A stretch of 64,000 nucleotides of DNA from Octopus sinensis (GCF_006345805.1 NC_043018.1:2666001-2730000), one strand, 5' to 3'; shown: positions 26,150 to 39,634, counted from the first letter of the stretch. Notes: a model not told the origin generated them from the sequence alone. A program made the numbers and translations.

Positions 26150-26570
26150 TGCAGATGAAACATGTGACTTTGGTCAAGACACTGTACAATGTGGCCTCTC
26201 AGAAGGATAGTCTTGAGGCCTAAGATCTAGGAAACTAGAGTCAGAGAAACCATAAACATATGAAAGAATTATGGAGGTTTATTTCATTGAAAACCTAAAT
26301 AGAATGCAAATATAAAACAGGAGGCATAGGATTTGGAAGAGGGAAGAGAAATTCTGTAGAAAATTAGAATTCGGTATCTCATTGGATGTGAATATAAAGC
26401 AGAATATCAACCAGAGGGAGAACAACTATGCTGAACAATTTAGAAATTAACAGGAACTCTACTTGGATTACAAATTCAGTTTTATACAAGTAATTGTAGG
26501 GTCACTAAGCTGCGTGACAAACTGCCTTAGCAGAAAACTTGAGAAACTACAGCTACAAGCCAGTAATGTC
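26150..26570 (+). mobile_element. Decayed R4/Dong-like LINE, restriction-like endonuclease region
   Basis: Translation with stops: KHVTLVKTLYN..KD.LEA, KELWRFISLKT, NRRHRIWKREEKFCRKLEFGISLDVNIKQ and ELYLDYKFSFIQVIVGSLSCV. Matches the RHD..A / WW / NRPD..IWD / E.SCP.D.N / F.F.P.IVGALG order of R4/Dong REL domains. Confidence 0.7.
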
Positions 26571-26838
26571 ACTGTCAAAATATGTGAAGCGTTTCAACAG
26601 TTTAGCATATAAATACATAAATACAAACGGGCTTGTCTAGTCATACAGGTGTTTGTATAAACAACAAAATATACAGATCTGCACAAGATTGCCTCCAAAT
26701 TCTTGTACATAAATATACATACAGGCACACATACCCAGTTAATTTTGGTGAATTTCCAATGAAGAAGCCTTGTTTCTGGGATAGGAGCCGAATCTTTCTT
26801 CATTCGCAAGAAATCTAGAAATAAAACATGCGTACGCA

Positions 26839-27222
26839 TGGAAGCACTCCGTCGGTTATGACGACGAGGGTTCCGGTTGATCCGAATCAACGGAACAGCC
26901 TGCTCGTGAAATTAACGTGTAAGTGGCTGAGCACTCCACAGACACGTGTACCCTTAACGTAGTTCTCGGGGATATTCAGCGTGACACAGGGAGTGACAAG
27001 GCCGGCCCTTTGAAATACAGTACAACAGAAACAGGAAGTAGAGTGAGAGAAAGTTGTGGTGAAAGAGTACAGCAGGGATCGCCACCATCCCCTGCCGGAG
27101 CCTCGTGGAGCTTTTAGGTGTTTTCGCTGAATAAACACTCACAACGCCCGGTCTGGGAATCGAAACCGCGATTCTATGACCGCGAGTCCGCTGCCCTAAC
27201 CACTGGGCCATTGCGCCTCCAC
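26839..27222 (-). mobile_element. tRNA-derived SINE, family C, full length
   Basis: Head gtggaggcgcaaTGGCCCAGTGGttagggcagcgg...GTTTCGATTCC, end ...ccgacggagtgcttcca. Closely matches the copy at 59265-59648. Confidence 0.92.
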
Positions 27223-27699
27223 ATGCAACCAATAATAAAGATACACTCTCAGTTTGACATCTATTAATACTGGGGCTACAGGACACGGGCCAGCCTGCCG
27301 GGAGCAATGTATGGCTGGACTTGGGATCTTGGGTTCTTAATTCATACACTACAAATCATCTAGGTCAATATCAATCTGCGAGACCTTCATAATATTTAAA
27401 ATTCGTCGAACCTTGCTACAAAACACGTGTCAGCTCAAAATTAACACTAAATTAAAAAAAGAGAACAAGCAAGCATATATACTTGCAGATGCACACACAT
27501 GCACGCAAATACTGTCGTGCCAGAAGTTTGGACCAATTTTTGAAAATGATAATTCTTATGTCCATAAACAATTCAATTCAAATATATACAGCGTATATAT
27601 CTGAACATGTAACATAAAAATTCTGATTTTCAAACCTCTGTTCCAATCTGTTAGCTACGATTATTTGTATCTTCTATATTTTTCTTGTTTAACTCATAG

Positions 27700-28050
27700 G
27701 ACTCTGGCTTTGCTGGGATACTGTCTTGAGAAGTTTTAGTCGCACAGCTCGACCCCGGTACTGTTTGTTAAACTTGGTACTTAGTTTATCGGTTTCTTTT
27801 GCCGAATCGCAGAGATACGGAGACTTAGACACACAAATATCGATTGTCAAGCGTTGCTCACCCGCACACTCACACATATAATGATATAAACAAGATGGGC
27901 GTCTTTCTGTTTCCGTCAACCAAATCCACTCACAAGACCTTGATCGACTCGAGGCCTTTGTCGAAGACACTTACCTAAGATGCCTCGCAGAGGAACTGAA
28001 CCAAATACTAACGTGATTTCGAACCAAAATTCTTACCCACAAAATGTTAC
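27700..28050 (-). mobile_element. SINE family A, old diverged copy
   Basis: ctcgaccccggtact...tttgccgaatcgc...ccaaatccactcacaagacc...gaggaactgaacc. Confidence 0.7.
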
Positions 28051-28110
28051 GTACACCGTTATATTCTCACTGCTGCGTACATAATTTCATAGATAATATA
28101 TATCTTCGTT

Positions 28111-28680
28111 AAGGCGGCGAGCTGGCAGAAACGTTAGCATGCAGGGCGAAACGCGTAGCCTTATTTCGTCTGCCGTAACGTCCTGAGTTCAAATTCCACC
28201 GAGGTCGACTTTGCCTTTCATCATTTCGGGGTCGATTAAATAAGTACCAGCTACGCACTGGGGTCGATATAATCGACTTGATCCGTTTGTCTGTCCTTGT
28301 TCGTCTCCTCTGTGTTTAGCCCCTTGTGGGTAGTAAAGAAATCGGTATTTCGTCTGTCTTTACGTTCTGAGTTTAAATTCCACCGTGGTCGACTTTGCCT
28401 TTCATCATTTCGGGGTCGATTAAATAAGTACCAGTTACGCACTGGGGTCGATATAATCGACTTAATCCGTTTGTCTGTCCTTGTTCGTCCCCGTTGTTTA
28501 GCCCGTTGTGGGTAGTAAAGAAATAGGTATTTCGTCTGTCTTTACGTTCTGAGTTTAAATTCCGCCGAGGTGGACTTTGCCTTTCATCCTTTCGATGTCG
28601 ATAAATTAAGTACCAGTTGATCAAATCGGCTGGCCCCCTGCCCCCAAATTTCGGGCCTTCTGCCGAGAGTAGAAAAGAAT
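28111..28680 (+). mobile_element. SINE family B with tandemly repeated ~182-bp body (about 2.5 units)
   Basis: Head aaggcggcgagctggcagaaacgttagc, then the unit tatttcgtctg...gtcgactttgcctttcatc...gtgggtagtaaagaaat restarting at about 28162, 28346 and 28528. Confidence 0.92.
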
Positions 28681-29649
28681 ATATTTCTTCATTCCCCTTA
28701 CAATATCTATTTGCCTGTGTGTCATCCTTTCTCTGTTCACTTTCTTCTGTCTTTCGCTTTATTTGTACGAAACTAATTTCAGAACAAACTGGGGTACCGT
28801 CTCCAAGATTTATTTAGTCAGTTATATCAACCCCATTATTTTCGTGCGGTGCTCGACTTATCCAATCAACACTTATCGAATGATAAAGTTTTTTCTCTTT
28901 AGATATTTCTCTCTAGCCATAATTCTCCATCAATTCAATCCTCTGTGTCTCCGTCCAACACCATCACCCTCACACACACTCACTCTCTCGCTCTCTCTCT
29001 CTCTTACAATATCTTACATTCTCATACACACCTCTAATACCCGACCTCCTGCATTCTTCTATTTGTCTTGTCTGCTGAATCAACAAATTGTTATTTTTTT
29101 TTATTATACGTTTTCCAATATTTTTTAGGTTAGTTTATATCTCCCATCCTTCACTCAATCATACTGTATTCTTTTATATATGTGTTCTTCTTTATTTTAC
29201 ATTATATTTGATCACGTTTCTATTCATATGTATGTTTTTTTATGTCTGTTACCACCACAGACCACCACACACACACATATATATATATATATACACACAA
29301 AAGGAAAAAAAAAATAAACAAAAAAGACAAGGATTTCGAATTGTGTAAGCGATGATCTCAATGGTGCAGCATAAATTTGCAAAAATCGCGCTCAACTTGT
29401 TGACTTTGATAAATTCAGACAACTGGTCGGGGAGACGCTTTGTCTCGATCGAAATATTACGTTGGCAATTTGTAATTCGTCTGTTCACAAGACTTCATCA
29501 TCGTTTGAAATCTTTATACAAATCCTTCCCCATCACTTAATGCATATTGGCGTCTTTTCTTCACTTCAATGAGAGTTAACCAGAGCGCACACACTTGCAC
29601 ACACAAACATACACATACATACACACACACGCATCACATAATCTTCAAG

Positions 29650-29700
<51 letters not shown>

Positions 29701-29973
29701 CGCACGACAAAACAAAAAATAAAATCTTACACTCACTTATACAGACATACATTACGACAGTGTGCATAATCGTGTATGTGTGTGTGTGTTTGTCTGTATG
29801 TGTGTGTGTGTGTGTGTGTGTATGCGCTATGTGTGAGCATCCAACAATTTCTCTCTTTATCTATCTGTCTGTCTATGTATGTTTGTATACACACACACAC
29901 ACACATATATATGTATGCTTATGTATATACATATATATGTGTATGCTTACGTATATACATATATATATGTATA

Positions 29974-30018
<45 letters not shown>

Positions 30019-30036
30019 TATATATGTATGCTTATG

Positions 30037-30094
<58 letters not shown>

Positions 30095-30399
30095 ATATAT
30101 ATATATATATGTATGCTTATGTATATACATATATATTATATATATATATATACATGTGTACATAAAAAAAAATATATATTTATATTTTACGTTTATATAT
30201 ATATACATACATACATACATACATACACACATATGTATTAAGTATGTATGACTTTTTCTTTGTGCTTGTGTGGGTGTCTAGGTGGGTGTGGGTGTGTGAG
30301 TTGCATTTATATACATAGAATGTCATGGGGATTGCAATTTCTCCGATTCGATTCATTCTGCCAACGTTTGTTTATGATAGACTGATGGTAGCTACGTTG

Positions 30400-30443
30400 A
30401 TGATGACGATGATGATGATGATGATGACGATGATGATGATGAC

Positions 30444-30501
<58 letters not shown>

Positions 30502-30660
30502 GTCGTAGCACTGGCAGATTTGGTGATTGTGAATGTGGTGGTGGCGGACGGCAGAGACGTTGCTCCTAGTGATGACGATGATGACGATGACAACGAGAAT
30601 GATGATGGTGATGATGATGATGATGATGACGATGATGATGATGATGATATCGGCAACGAT
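30400..30660. repeat. (GAT)n trinucleotide tract
   Basis: Source of the poly-M, poly-D, poly-H and poly-S ORFs. Confidence 0.95.
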
Positions 30661-31088
30661 AAAAGTAATCCGCAAGAAGATTGAGTAAAAAGACAAGTAA
30701 AATGAAAAACAAAAAGAAAAGAGAGAAAAGATGCTTGAAGTAAAAAAAAAAAATACATAAATAGAGGAAAAACATTCGAAAACAAAGAAAGCAAATGAAC
30801 AACAACAATAATAACAAATGAAAAAAAAATATCTAATGGAGAAAATAGTGTAGTTTATTATAACAGAAAATAAATTCATAAAACAGAAATTAGTATATTT
30901 TCGCCAAGAGGGCAACGGACAAATGAACATTGCTACAAGAGTATAAGTAAGCTTATTACATGATGTTTGGCCAAACTACATTTTGGTTAACGTCTAGTTT
31001 TTTGAGAACGAATCTAGGTCCTTAACTATTGTTGTATAGACGCTAACGAGGAACATGAACGACAGAGGTGAGTGATATTTCGAGCGAC

Positions 31089-31402
31089 GTCACTTCCTTC
31101 TGTGTTCTTTCGGGGTCGATAAATTACGTACCAGTTAAACACTGGGGTCGATGTATTCGAAACAGCTGCATTTGTGCCAAAATTTGAAGCCATTATATTT
31201 ATCATTATCGATTTGACTGAGTAGAATTAATACGGGTAACAGGTTACTACGTGTAACCTTAGGTATCCAAAAGCTTTCAGTAATCTGTCAACCTTAGTTA
31301 TGTACCGTAGTGTGTTTTGGTGCTATTATTTTTACTGATTTGAAATTGCTTAACGTAGATCGTGTGCAGTGCCTTGCAATGCTATTGTCTGTATGTCATG
31401 TA
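31089..31402 (+). repeat. Local duplication copy 1 (SINE B piece plus ~195 bp non-SINE flank)
   Basis: Collinear with 34701-35061 from gtcacttccttctgtgttc to gctattgtctgtatgtcatgta. Confidence 0.88.
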
Positions 31403-31429
31403 CCTTCACAGATAGTGAAGGTACTTGCC

Positions 31430-31730
31430 TCGGTTGTTAGTGTTTTGCGTTTGCAAATATGAGGTTGTGAGTTCGATTCCTTGACACTTTATATCATGTT
31501 CCTCCAGTTCACCTCAGCTGCAGAAATGAGTTGCGATGTCGTCACTGGTGCCAAGCTGTATCGGCCCCTTGCCCTTTCCCTTGGATAACATCAGTGGCGT
31601 GGAGAGGAAAGTCTAGTATGAATGGGTGACTGCTGGTCTTCCATAAATAACCTTGTCCGGACTTGTGCCTCAGAGGGTAGCTTTCTACGTGTAACATCAT
31701 GGTCATTCATGGCCGAAGGGGCCTCTCTTT
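31430..31730 (+). mobile_element. SINE family D, diverged copy
   Basis: gtgagttcgattcc head remnant, then ctggtgccaagctgtatcggcccc...ctgctggtcttccataaataacc, homologous to 21636-21958. Confidence 0.8.
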
Positions 31731-31964
31731 ACTACATTTTTCTCACAGATAAAGGCACGAATACTTTTGTTTTACAGCAATTTTCAAGCGTGGATCTGGT
31801 GTTACTTATTTTTGCCCGGGAAATCACGGGATACATTCACGGAGCATGAGGTGCATAGATATCAACTCGTTCAGTCCACGATGAACCGAATTGAATAATA
31901 TAGTTTTGCACGAATACATTCTATATCTGATACCTTTTTCAAATTTTTTCTCACTTGATTGTGT

Positions 31965-32345
31965 TAGGCATTAGACTGCGGCCATGCTGGGGCACCGATT
32001 TGAAGAAATTGTAGTCAGATAAATCGACTCCGACACGTATTTTTGTTTAGAAGTTATTACTTCTAAAACGCGCTCTTTACCGAATGGCCTAGTTACAGCA
32101 ACGTAAACAGACCACCACTGGTTGTCAAGCAGTGGTGAGGGATAGACACACACAAACACACACACGCACATACACGCGCGCGCACGCACACACATATAAA
32201 CAATGGGCTTCTTTCAGTTTCCGTCCACAAAATCCACTCACAAGGTTTTGGTCGATCCGAGACTATAGTAGAAAATACTTGCCACGCAGTCAGACTGAAC
32301 CCGAAAACATGTGTTCGGAAAACAGGGGTCTTATTAAACACCCAC
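31965..32345 (-). mobile_element. SINE family A, diverged copy
   Basis: gactgcggccatgctggggcaccg...ggttgtcaagc...ggcttctttcagtttccgtc...gactgaacccg. Confidence 0.85.
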
Positions 32346-33735
32346 GCCTTATTTTGTTCGACATCCATTGTTCGACTGATCCTAATTTCACAAGAATTCA
32401 TCAACCAGGAAGACCATCTCCGCTACATTCGTTTCGTAATTTCAGTTATGTTTGGTTCTTCCCGTGCCTGTTGTCATAACATTCTTTACAAAATGGCGAA
32501 TTCACTCTTCGTTGAATGTTATCTTTGTAATAACATCGGTTGTTGTGGAGAAGATTGAACCACGCATTTATTTACAACGCCATCTATCAACCTTAGACCT
32601 GAAACATTGTGTAGAATCTCAACTCTACCGTGGCCTAAATATTCTTTCATGCGGTGCTTCTGAAAGCAGCCTTTTCAATTTTATGAGATTCTCAAAGAGT
32701 CTGTAAGATCTTCTGTTCATGTTGTTTTATTCATGCGGGTAGATTAATACCCGCAGATCGCTCTCCATCAATTTATCTCTTATTTTTTTTCATAGAAATC
32801 TTCTTAAAGTAACGCGTGTTTCTGCTGAACTTTGGTTGTGTGATGTTGAAATTTTCCTTGTACTTGTTTGTGATACTATTTGCAGCAACAGTGATATTTT
32901 CTATATAAATAGCTATGTTGTTACTGATTGTAATCACACTGTACAGAGCGCGGCCTTCTCTACGATTGTTGACTGAGACTGCATGTGTCAGTCAACCATC
33001 CGTCTGCCCGTCCTTGGTGCTAAAGGCTGTGCGAATGTTCATAAAACTTCTTTTGCGCCCCACAACCACCACCTCACCATGCTTTTGTCACTGTCCGGTT
33101 TTGAATCCTGTGTTTGATGGGTTAGAGGTAGAGGCGTTTGCTAGATCAAAACGTCTTAGTCCTGCTGCCCTAAGGATTTGAAATTCGTTTGGACATTTGC
33201 TGTAGTCGTTTTGTCAAATGTATCGCCGACCAATCTTACTAGCACGTTCTTTGTAAATCATACCGGATGTACACTAAATCACTAAATTTTATTCATTTTC
33301 AAATCTAAGACAAAATTCCGAACTAAAATATTTCGGCCGTTTGAAGTAGGAAAAAGCAAAAACTGGATAATTCTCTTGTTACTTGGTTTTCCCATTTTCC
33401 TTTTTATTTTTAGACATTAATAATTTCAAATGATTTGCTATACTGGTTAATGATATTTGGCTGCCCGTCAAGCAGACGCTTCTTTCACTGGCTTAAAGAA
33501 AAAATTCTATTATTTAATATTATTAATGTCATATTATACTTGTGTAATTACTTATTAAATATATTTCCTTGTTACAGAAGTTACTTTATATAATAAGAGT
33601 TTAATAATTACAGAAGAAAACCATTCTCGCTATATATGCGATAAACACAATATGTCTATAGATGAGTGTGCGTACGTGTGTGTGCATAAGTGTGTGTGTG
33701 TGTGTGTGTGCATAAGTGTGTGTGTGTGTGTGTGT

Positions 33736-33776
<41 letters not shown>

Positions 33777-33983
33777 CGCATCCTTAATATTGTCACTGTC
33801 TTATTCTTTTATTATATCTTTGCTAATTCACTTACAGTCTGGTTAATAATATTATTGCTCAAACTCGGTAATGCCTTGTTTACCATAGTTTTGGCATTAC
33901 TTTATCTTTGGCAATTAACTAAGTCTTAAATATTAATCTAATGCGTCTAGAATATTCCTTCCAAACCATATCTTCCATGAGTG

Positions 33984-34020
<37 letters not shown>

Positions 34021-34429
34021 CTGTCTATGCGTATAGGTGCATGTGTGTGTGTGTGTGTCTGTCTATATCTTGCACTTAGTATACTTTACTCATTCCTAAG
34101 TACTTGTTAGTCTATGTTTGGTCTAATTATCTGTGTTCGTTTGTTTCAAACGAGTTTTATTGGCAATTTCCTCTCTGCAGGTTTACGTCAGTGGAATTTT
34201 TTTTTTTTCTTCTGAAATTCAATTTCCAACCAGTTTCTCTATGATGTTTTCGTACAGGAAGCTGCGCCCATTTGTCCAGTTATGTAGAGAGATGCGAATA
34301 ATGCATGCGATATCGTGTAACGATAATTATTATATAAATATTGATTTCAAATTTTGACACAAAGCCAGCAATTTCGGAAGAGAGGACAAGTCAATTTCAT
34401 CGTCTACAATGTTAAGCTGGTTCTTATTT

Positions 34430-34520
34430 TGTCGACCCTGAAAAGATGGAACGCAAAGCCGACATGGGTAGAATTTGAACTCAGAAAGAAAAGACGGACG
34501 AAATGCATTTCGTCCGACTT
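34430..34520 (-). mobile_element. SINE family B fragment
   Basis: gtcgaccctgaaaagatggaacgcaaagccgac...gaatttgaactcagaa...gacggacgaaatgc. Confidence 0.65.
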
Positions 34521-34638
34521 TCTTTCGCTTAACCAGTCAATCACTGGAGTCGATGCAATCGTCTTGCGTCGCTCCGTTCAGAATAACTGTATCGAAATTA
34601 GAAATATCATCATCATCATCATCATGATTATTATTAAT

Positions 34639-35061
34639 TAAGGCTGCTAGCTGGTAGAATCGTTAGCACGCTGGCCGAAATGCTTGGCGGCATTTCGGCC
34701 GTCACTTCCTTCTGTGTTCAAATTCCACCGAGTTCGACTTTGCCTTTCATTTTTTCGGGGTCGATAAATTATGTACCAGTTAAACACCGGGGTCGATGTA
34801 TTCGATTTATACCCTCCCCCGAAGCGGCTGCATTTGTGCCAAAATTTGAAGCCATTGTATTTATTATTATCGATTTGACTGAGTAGAATTAATACGGGTA
34901 ACAGGTTACCTATAACCTTAGGTATCAACAAGCTTTCTGAGGCCTGTCAGCCTTCGTTACGTACCGTGGTGTCTTTTGGTGCTATTATTTTTACTGATTT
35001 GAAATTGCTTAACGTAGATCGTATGCAGTGCCTTGCAATGCTATTGTCTGTATGTCATGTA
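34639..35061 (+). mobile_element. SINE family B plus downstream flank (local duplication copy 2)
   Basis: aaggctgctagctggtagaatcgttagcacg head to about 34860, then a flank shared with 31204-31402. Confidence 0.85.
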
Positions 35062-36142
35062 TATTCGTAAGGCATGGAGTTTTAGTTACATATTTCTCTG
35101 TATGTTTCTTTAACCATACATAATGCACAATTCATAATTCCGTTATACGGCTTCAGATACGTGAGGGTAACATTCTGCGCTGGTGTATTTTAGATACAGA
35201 TACTTGCCATGGTACATTATATAAGAAGCAAACAAGAGCCACCTTATCACGGACCACATTGATTTCAATACTTAATTATTTGCTCATCATAGCGATTTTG
35301 ATTCTGATATAACACGAACAAAGACAAGGTTTAGCTAAATTACATCTTGATTGAAATACCGCCGTATTTCAGTGATAAACTTTCTTACTGCCCCGTTTAA
35401 AATTTCTGTCGTTTATTTAGTTCAGTTAACGATTGCTTCTCTGAATCACATAACTGTTCAAACACGAGAAAGTTTATTAAATCGGTGAGGTTTTCATCCA
35501 CGTGCTTTCTTATTAACAAATCGCTTGAGCGTTTTCATATTTATCGCTCTTTCATCAACAACCTGCTGTGTTCTTGTACAGCTACGCTATCTAATTTGAT
35601 GTATCAAAAGAAACTGAATTCTCTAATACTTTCACAATCAGATATTTAATCTCTAAATCAGAGTTATTTCCATAACTATTGGTACGTTTATCAATTTTCT
35701 TTTTGATATAAAACCTTTTTCAAGCGTCGATTTAAATAGCGTATATCTTCGGAGCATAAGAAAGATAGTGTGTTGCGAAAATTAATCCGTCTTCAGTTTA
35801 TAGTAAGAATATGAAAGATGTTCATCTGAAACTTAAACGGAATGAAGGCTCAGAACCGATTTGCCAATTACAGTTATCTTTAATGATGTCATAATGAAAA
35901 TAAGACAAAAATGAGTTGAAACGAGGGACTCTTACATCGTATATTGCTCTTATACGTGATAATACTGATTATAGATATTGGTAACATATATTTAAGAGAG
36001 GACTTCAGGCCAAATTTATTGATAAATTGATGAGGTTGAAATTAAAATATGGAGAGATTAGTAGCAGAATATCGTTTTGAGGATCCGTATGATTCTGTGT
36101 AACATTGTTCTATTTCAACATACACACACACACACACACAAC

Positions 36143-36280
36143 TGAATATTTGTATACGCAAGTAAGTATATGTAGGTGTTATATTTTTGCGTGTGTGTAT
36201 ATAGATAGATAGACAGGCAGATAGATAGATAGATAGATAGATAGATGGATAGATAGATAGATAAATAGATAGATAGATAA

Positions 36281-36365
<85 letters not shown>

Positions 36366-36393
36366 CAGACAGATGGATAGATAATTAGATAGA

Positions 36394-36425
<32 letters not shown>

Positions 36426-36437
36426 TGGATAGATAAT

Positions 36438-36493
<56 letters not shown>

Positions 36494-36513
36494 CAGACAG
36501 ATGGATAGATAAT

Positions 36514-36557
<44 letters not shown>

Positions 36558-36569
36558 TGGATAGATAAT

Positions 36570-36650
<81 letters not shown>
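36143..36650. repeat. (GATA)n array with higher-order units
   Basis: The variant block GACAGACAGATGGATAGATAATTAGATA recurs four times (about 36364, 36416, 36492 and 36548). Confidence 0.95.
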
Positions 36651-36954
36651 GCCTTCACATAGAGAATTGGCTCGTGCAATCACATGGATGTATATTCCTT
36701 CGAATTGCTCGGGACCACTGGTTGATGCTGTCTCCTCTAGCCTAGGCCGATTAGGGCCTTATGAGTTAATTTAGTAGACGGAAACTTTACATATATCTGT
36801 ATTATATATGCGAGTTAGGGTGTATATATTTCTGTGTTAGGGCGTGTCTGTGAGTGAATATGTCGCAAAATGAGATGGAACTCTCAACTCCCTATTTTTT
36901 AAATGATGTTCCTGAACAGACAACGACAACTGTGACAGGGTCGTATATTAATTT

Positions 36955-37148
36955 CAAATTTTGGTAGAAGGCCAGCAATTTCGGAGGATGGAGCTTGTCG
37001 AGTGAATCGAACCCTGTGTTCAAATGGTATTTATTTTACCGACCCTCGAATGAATGAAAGTCAAAGTTGACCGCGGTGGAATTTGAACTCAGAACGTAGA
37101 GATAAACAAAATACCACGAAGCGTGCTAATGATTCTGCCAGCTCGCGG
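36955..37148 (-). mobile_element. SINE family B, diverged
   Basis: aaattttggtagaaggccagcaatttcgg...aaagtcaaagttgaccgcggtggaatttgaactcagaacg...ctaatgattctgccagctcg. Confidence 0.8.
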
Positions 37149-38437
37149 TCTTGACCGGGCCACATATTACTGAAAGACTTATGTTACATCATATTTTCTT
37201 ATGGATTATATATTTCATTAATTTAGAATCAGTTGAGCGCCGGGTAGGGTTAGTTAGTGTATATATTCAATGAGCCTTTATATTCTGCATCGACATATAT
37301 ATCCGTTGGTATACTTTGGGTTCGATCTTTTGCAGAACGTTGAAATATATGCCATGTACGATCGAAAGCCTCAAGAAACATACGCCACTGAACAGACATC
37401 GAAAAAACAGCAAAAAATATGATGATCATACCTGAATTGTCTTTGCACGTAGATTCAGACATTTAGGGCCGGTCTGCAACTATACAATAAATGAAACACT
37501 GATTTTGATTAGTCCATTCAAGAAGCCCCAAAAATATTAATTTCAGTTGAGAAACACATGTACCTAAACGCCATTATGAAAGCCGAGACAGAACCGCTAA
37601 GTGGACGCTCAACCTCTAAGAAGTGGCCGTAAATATTTCCATGTATATTGCGCAAGTATCCGTAGAACTTTGGGAAATAAATTGGATAACATAGTTATAA
37701 GGTCCTGAATTAGCATTATCATAGGGTATAGTGGGTTAAGGCTGGCTTTTGAAGTACATTTCCATTTAGTCTCTGGGTAGACGAATTCCAATATGGGTAC
37801 ACAACTGGGTTCTTAGTGCAAAAGTCCGGGTTGGATTTTCGGTCTGACTGACATGATGAACCCTTGGCGATGTTCGTCTAGGAAAACTAGTATTAAAATT
37901 GGCAGCGCGCTCAGCAAGCGTTTTGATCTTGTTTTGCGTCAGCGTCTGCCAGCCAAGTCCCCTGGCCGTTAAATGGAAGGCATGAAGACACCCGGCGGTG
38001 GATAGCTGTATATTGTTTCTTAACTCTTGTTACTGAAACAGGTGCAGGCGAAGTCTAAAAATTAGCAGAGCAAATGTTGTTGCTCCATCTTTATAGGTGT
38101 TGTTTCAAAGATAGAAAATATTTACGATAAAAGAGAGTAAATGTTAACTGAGAGAAAGAGGAAGTGGGGGGTCTAACAAGAATGAAAGGAATACACACGA
38201 CACATATACACGCTAAGACATACACTCGGACTCATACATACACACACACTCATACACATACAACCATTTGGATACATACATGTGTGTATAGCTGAAATTT
38301 AGTATAACGCTTGAAACTCGGAGTAACGACTAATTTGAATCAAACTGTTTTGATCCATACATGTAACTCCCAAAAAATGTGTCGAGAGTCCTTCTTTCGT
38401 TTGTCCACTCATTCTATATATATAAATATATATATAT

Positions 38438-38900
38438 AAAGTTGTAAATCTAGTCGAATTAACGGTTCCTCATGAAGATAACATGGACACCGCTCGGGCT
38501 CGTTATGTAAACCTCCTCGAGGAATGTGAAGACGCAGGCTGGAAAGCGGAGCATTTTCCAATCGAAGCTGGATGTAGAGAGTTTGTTGGACACAGTGTGA
38601 GACGACTGTTGTTATCGTTAGGCGTAACTCATCGAGAAGTCAATACCACCATGACCGATATCCAAACTACGGTGGAGAAGGCTAGCCACTGGATTTGGTT
38701 AAAAAGAGGTGATGAATAATGGCTAGAGAAATAGTGAGCTTTATTTAATAACCAGTTGATCTAGCAAGCGGGGTCTCATATCAGTGAGGGGGGGGCTTGC
38801 TCATTGTTGCCGTCGAAAGGTACGCCCCGAAACGGCGCGCATTCTCACCTGATAACCCCATACACTTGCTGGCTTTCGGTATGCGGAGTTCTCGACAGGT
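38438..38900 (+). mobile_element. HERO-like (RLE) LINE 3' end: endonuclease C-terminus and 3' UTR
   Basis: KVVNLVELTVPHEDNMDTARARYVNLLEECEDAGWKAEHFPIEAGCREFVG...VEKASHWIWLKR (ORF 38483-38719). Matches the HERO-type ELTVPWE.N...Y..L...C...GW....PVEVGCRGF...ASRWLW.R motif. Confidence 0.85.
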
Positions 38901-39634
38901 AGCACTTGTTTGCAAGACATATATATGTATGACGATAATGATGGCTGCCCACTCTTGTAAAAAGAAAACCACTTCACTGACAAAATGCCAGCCCTGCGCT
39001 TGCGCGTTTTTATTGCATCATTTGATAATCTTTTGTCTTCACTCGGAAATGAGTCCGAAACGTCCTTGCTCGCTGCGATGTTTTCAGCTCGATCGAGTAT
39101 CAAATATTTACCTCACCGGCGATTTCACACCCCCAGATATTAGATTCAATAAGGATTGCACGTCAACTCACAGAATCTTTACGCCATACTGACATGGTCC
39201 AGCGGAAAGCCTGGCAAGATATCCAGTGGTAATATGGTTCGCAGTCTCAGGAATGTAGGAGCTTCATGATCTCAAGCGCAAGTAAAGATACCCAAAATTG
39301 TCAATGCCATTCATGCGTTAAACTGGTTTTATAAAAATGTGACCCCCTAGAGACGTGTTTTAAAGGAATGTTAATGGGTTCCTCAATCCCAGTGGTCTTC
39401 CGGTACGTCGGGCACCAACCTGGAATTTTTGAGGGCACAATTCACGTTGACCCTAAAGTAGCATCATATTTCCTTTTGACAGGGCTTGTTTTTAGACCAA
39501 CTAAGTTTCTAGGAACCCACTTAGCAGGGTCAAGTTTACTGGGCGCGTGAGTCGTGGGAGGTGTTGGAACGTAACACCTGCGGAGTCAAGGAATTACTGT
39601 ATATAATATATATATATATATATAATATATATAT

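Noticed and set aside
28111-28620. Regularly spaced direct repeats superficially like a CRISPR array
   Set aside because: The units are ~182-bp SINE bodies with no unique spacers, the context is eukaryotic, and there are no cas genes.
29380-29570. Open frame AQLVDFDKFRQLVGETLCLDRN..., faintly like a RasGEF C-terminus
   Set aside because: No usable splice acceptor before the resembling segment and no other RasGEF exons seen.
37250-37462. 70-aa non-repetitive ORF (MSESTCKDNSG...)
   Set aside because: No recognisable domain or exon structure, and the length is expected by chance.
39040-39066. ACTC-GGAAAT-GAGT-CC-GAAAC-GTC hairpin resembling an HHR 3' half
   Set aside because: No CUGANGA upstream.
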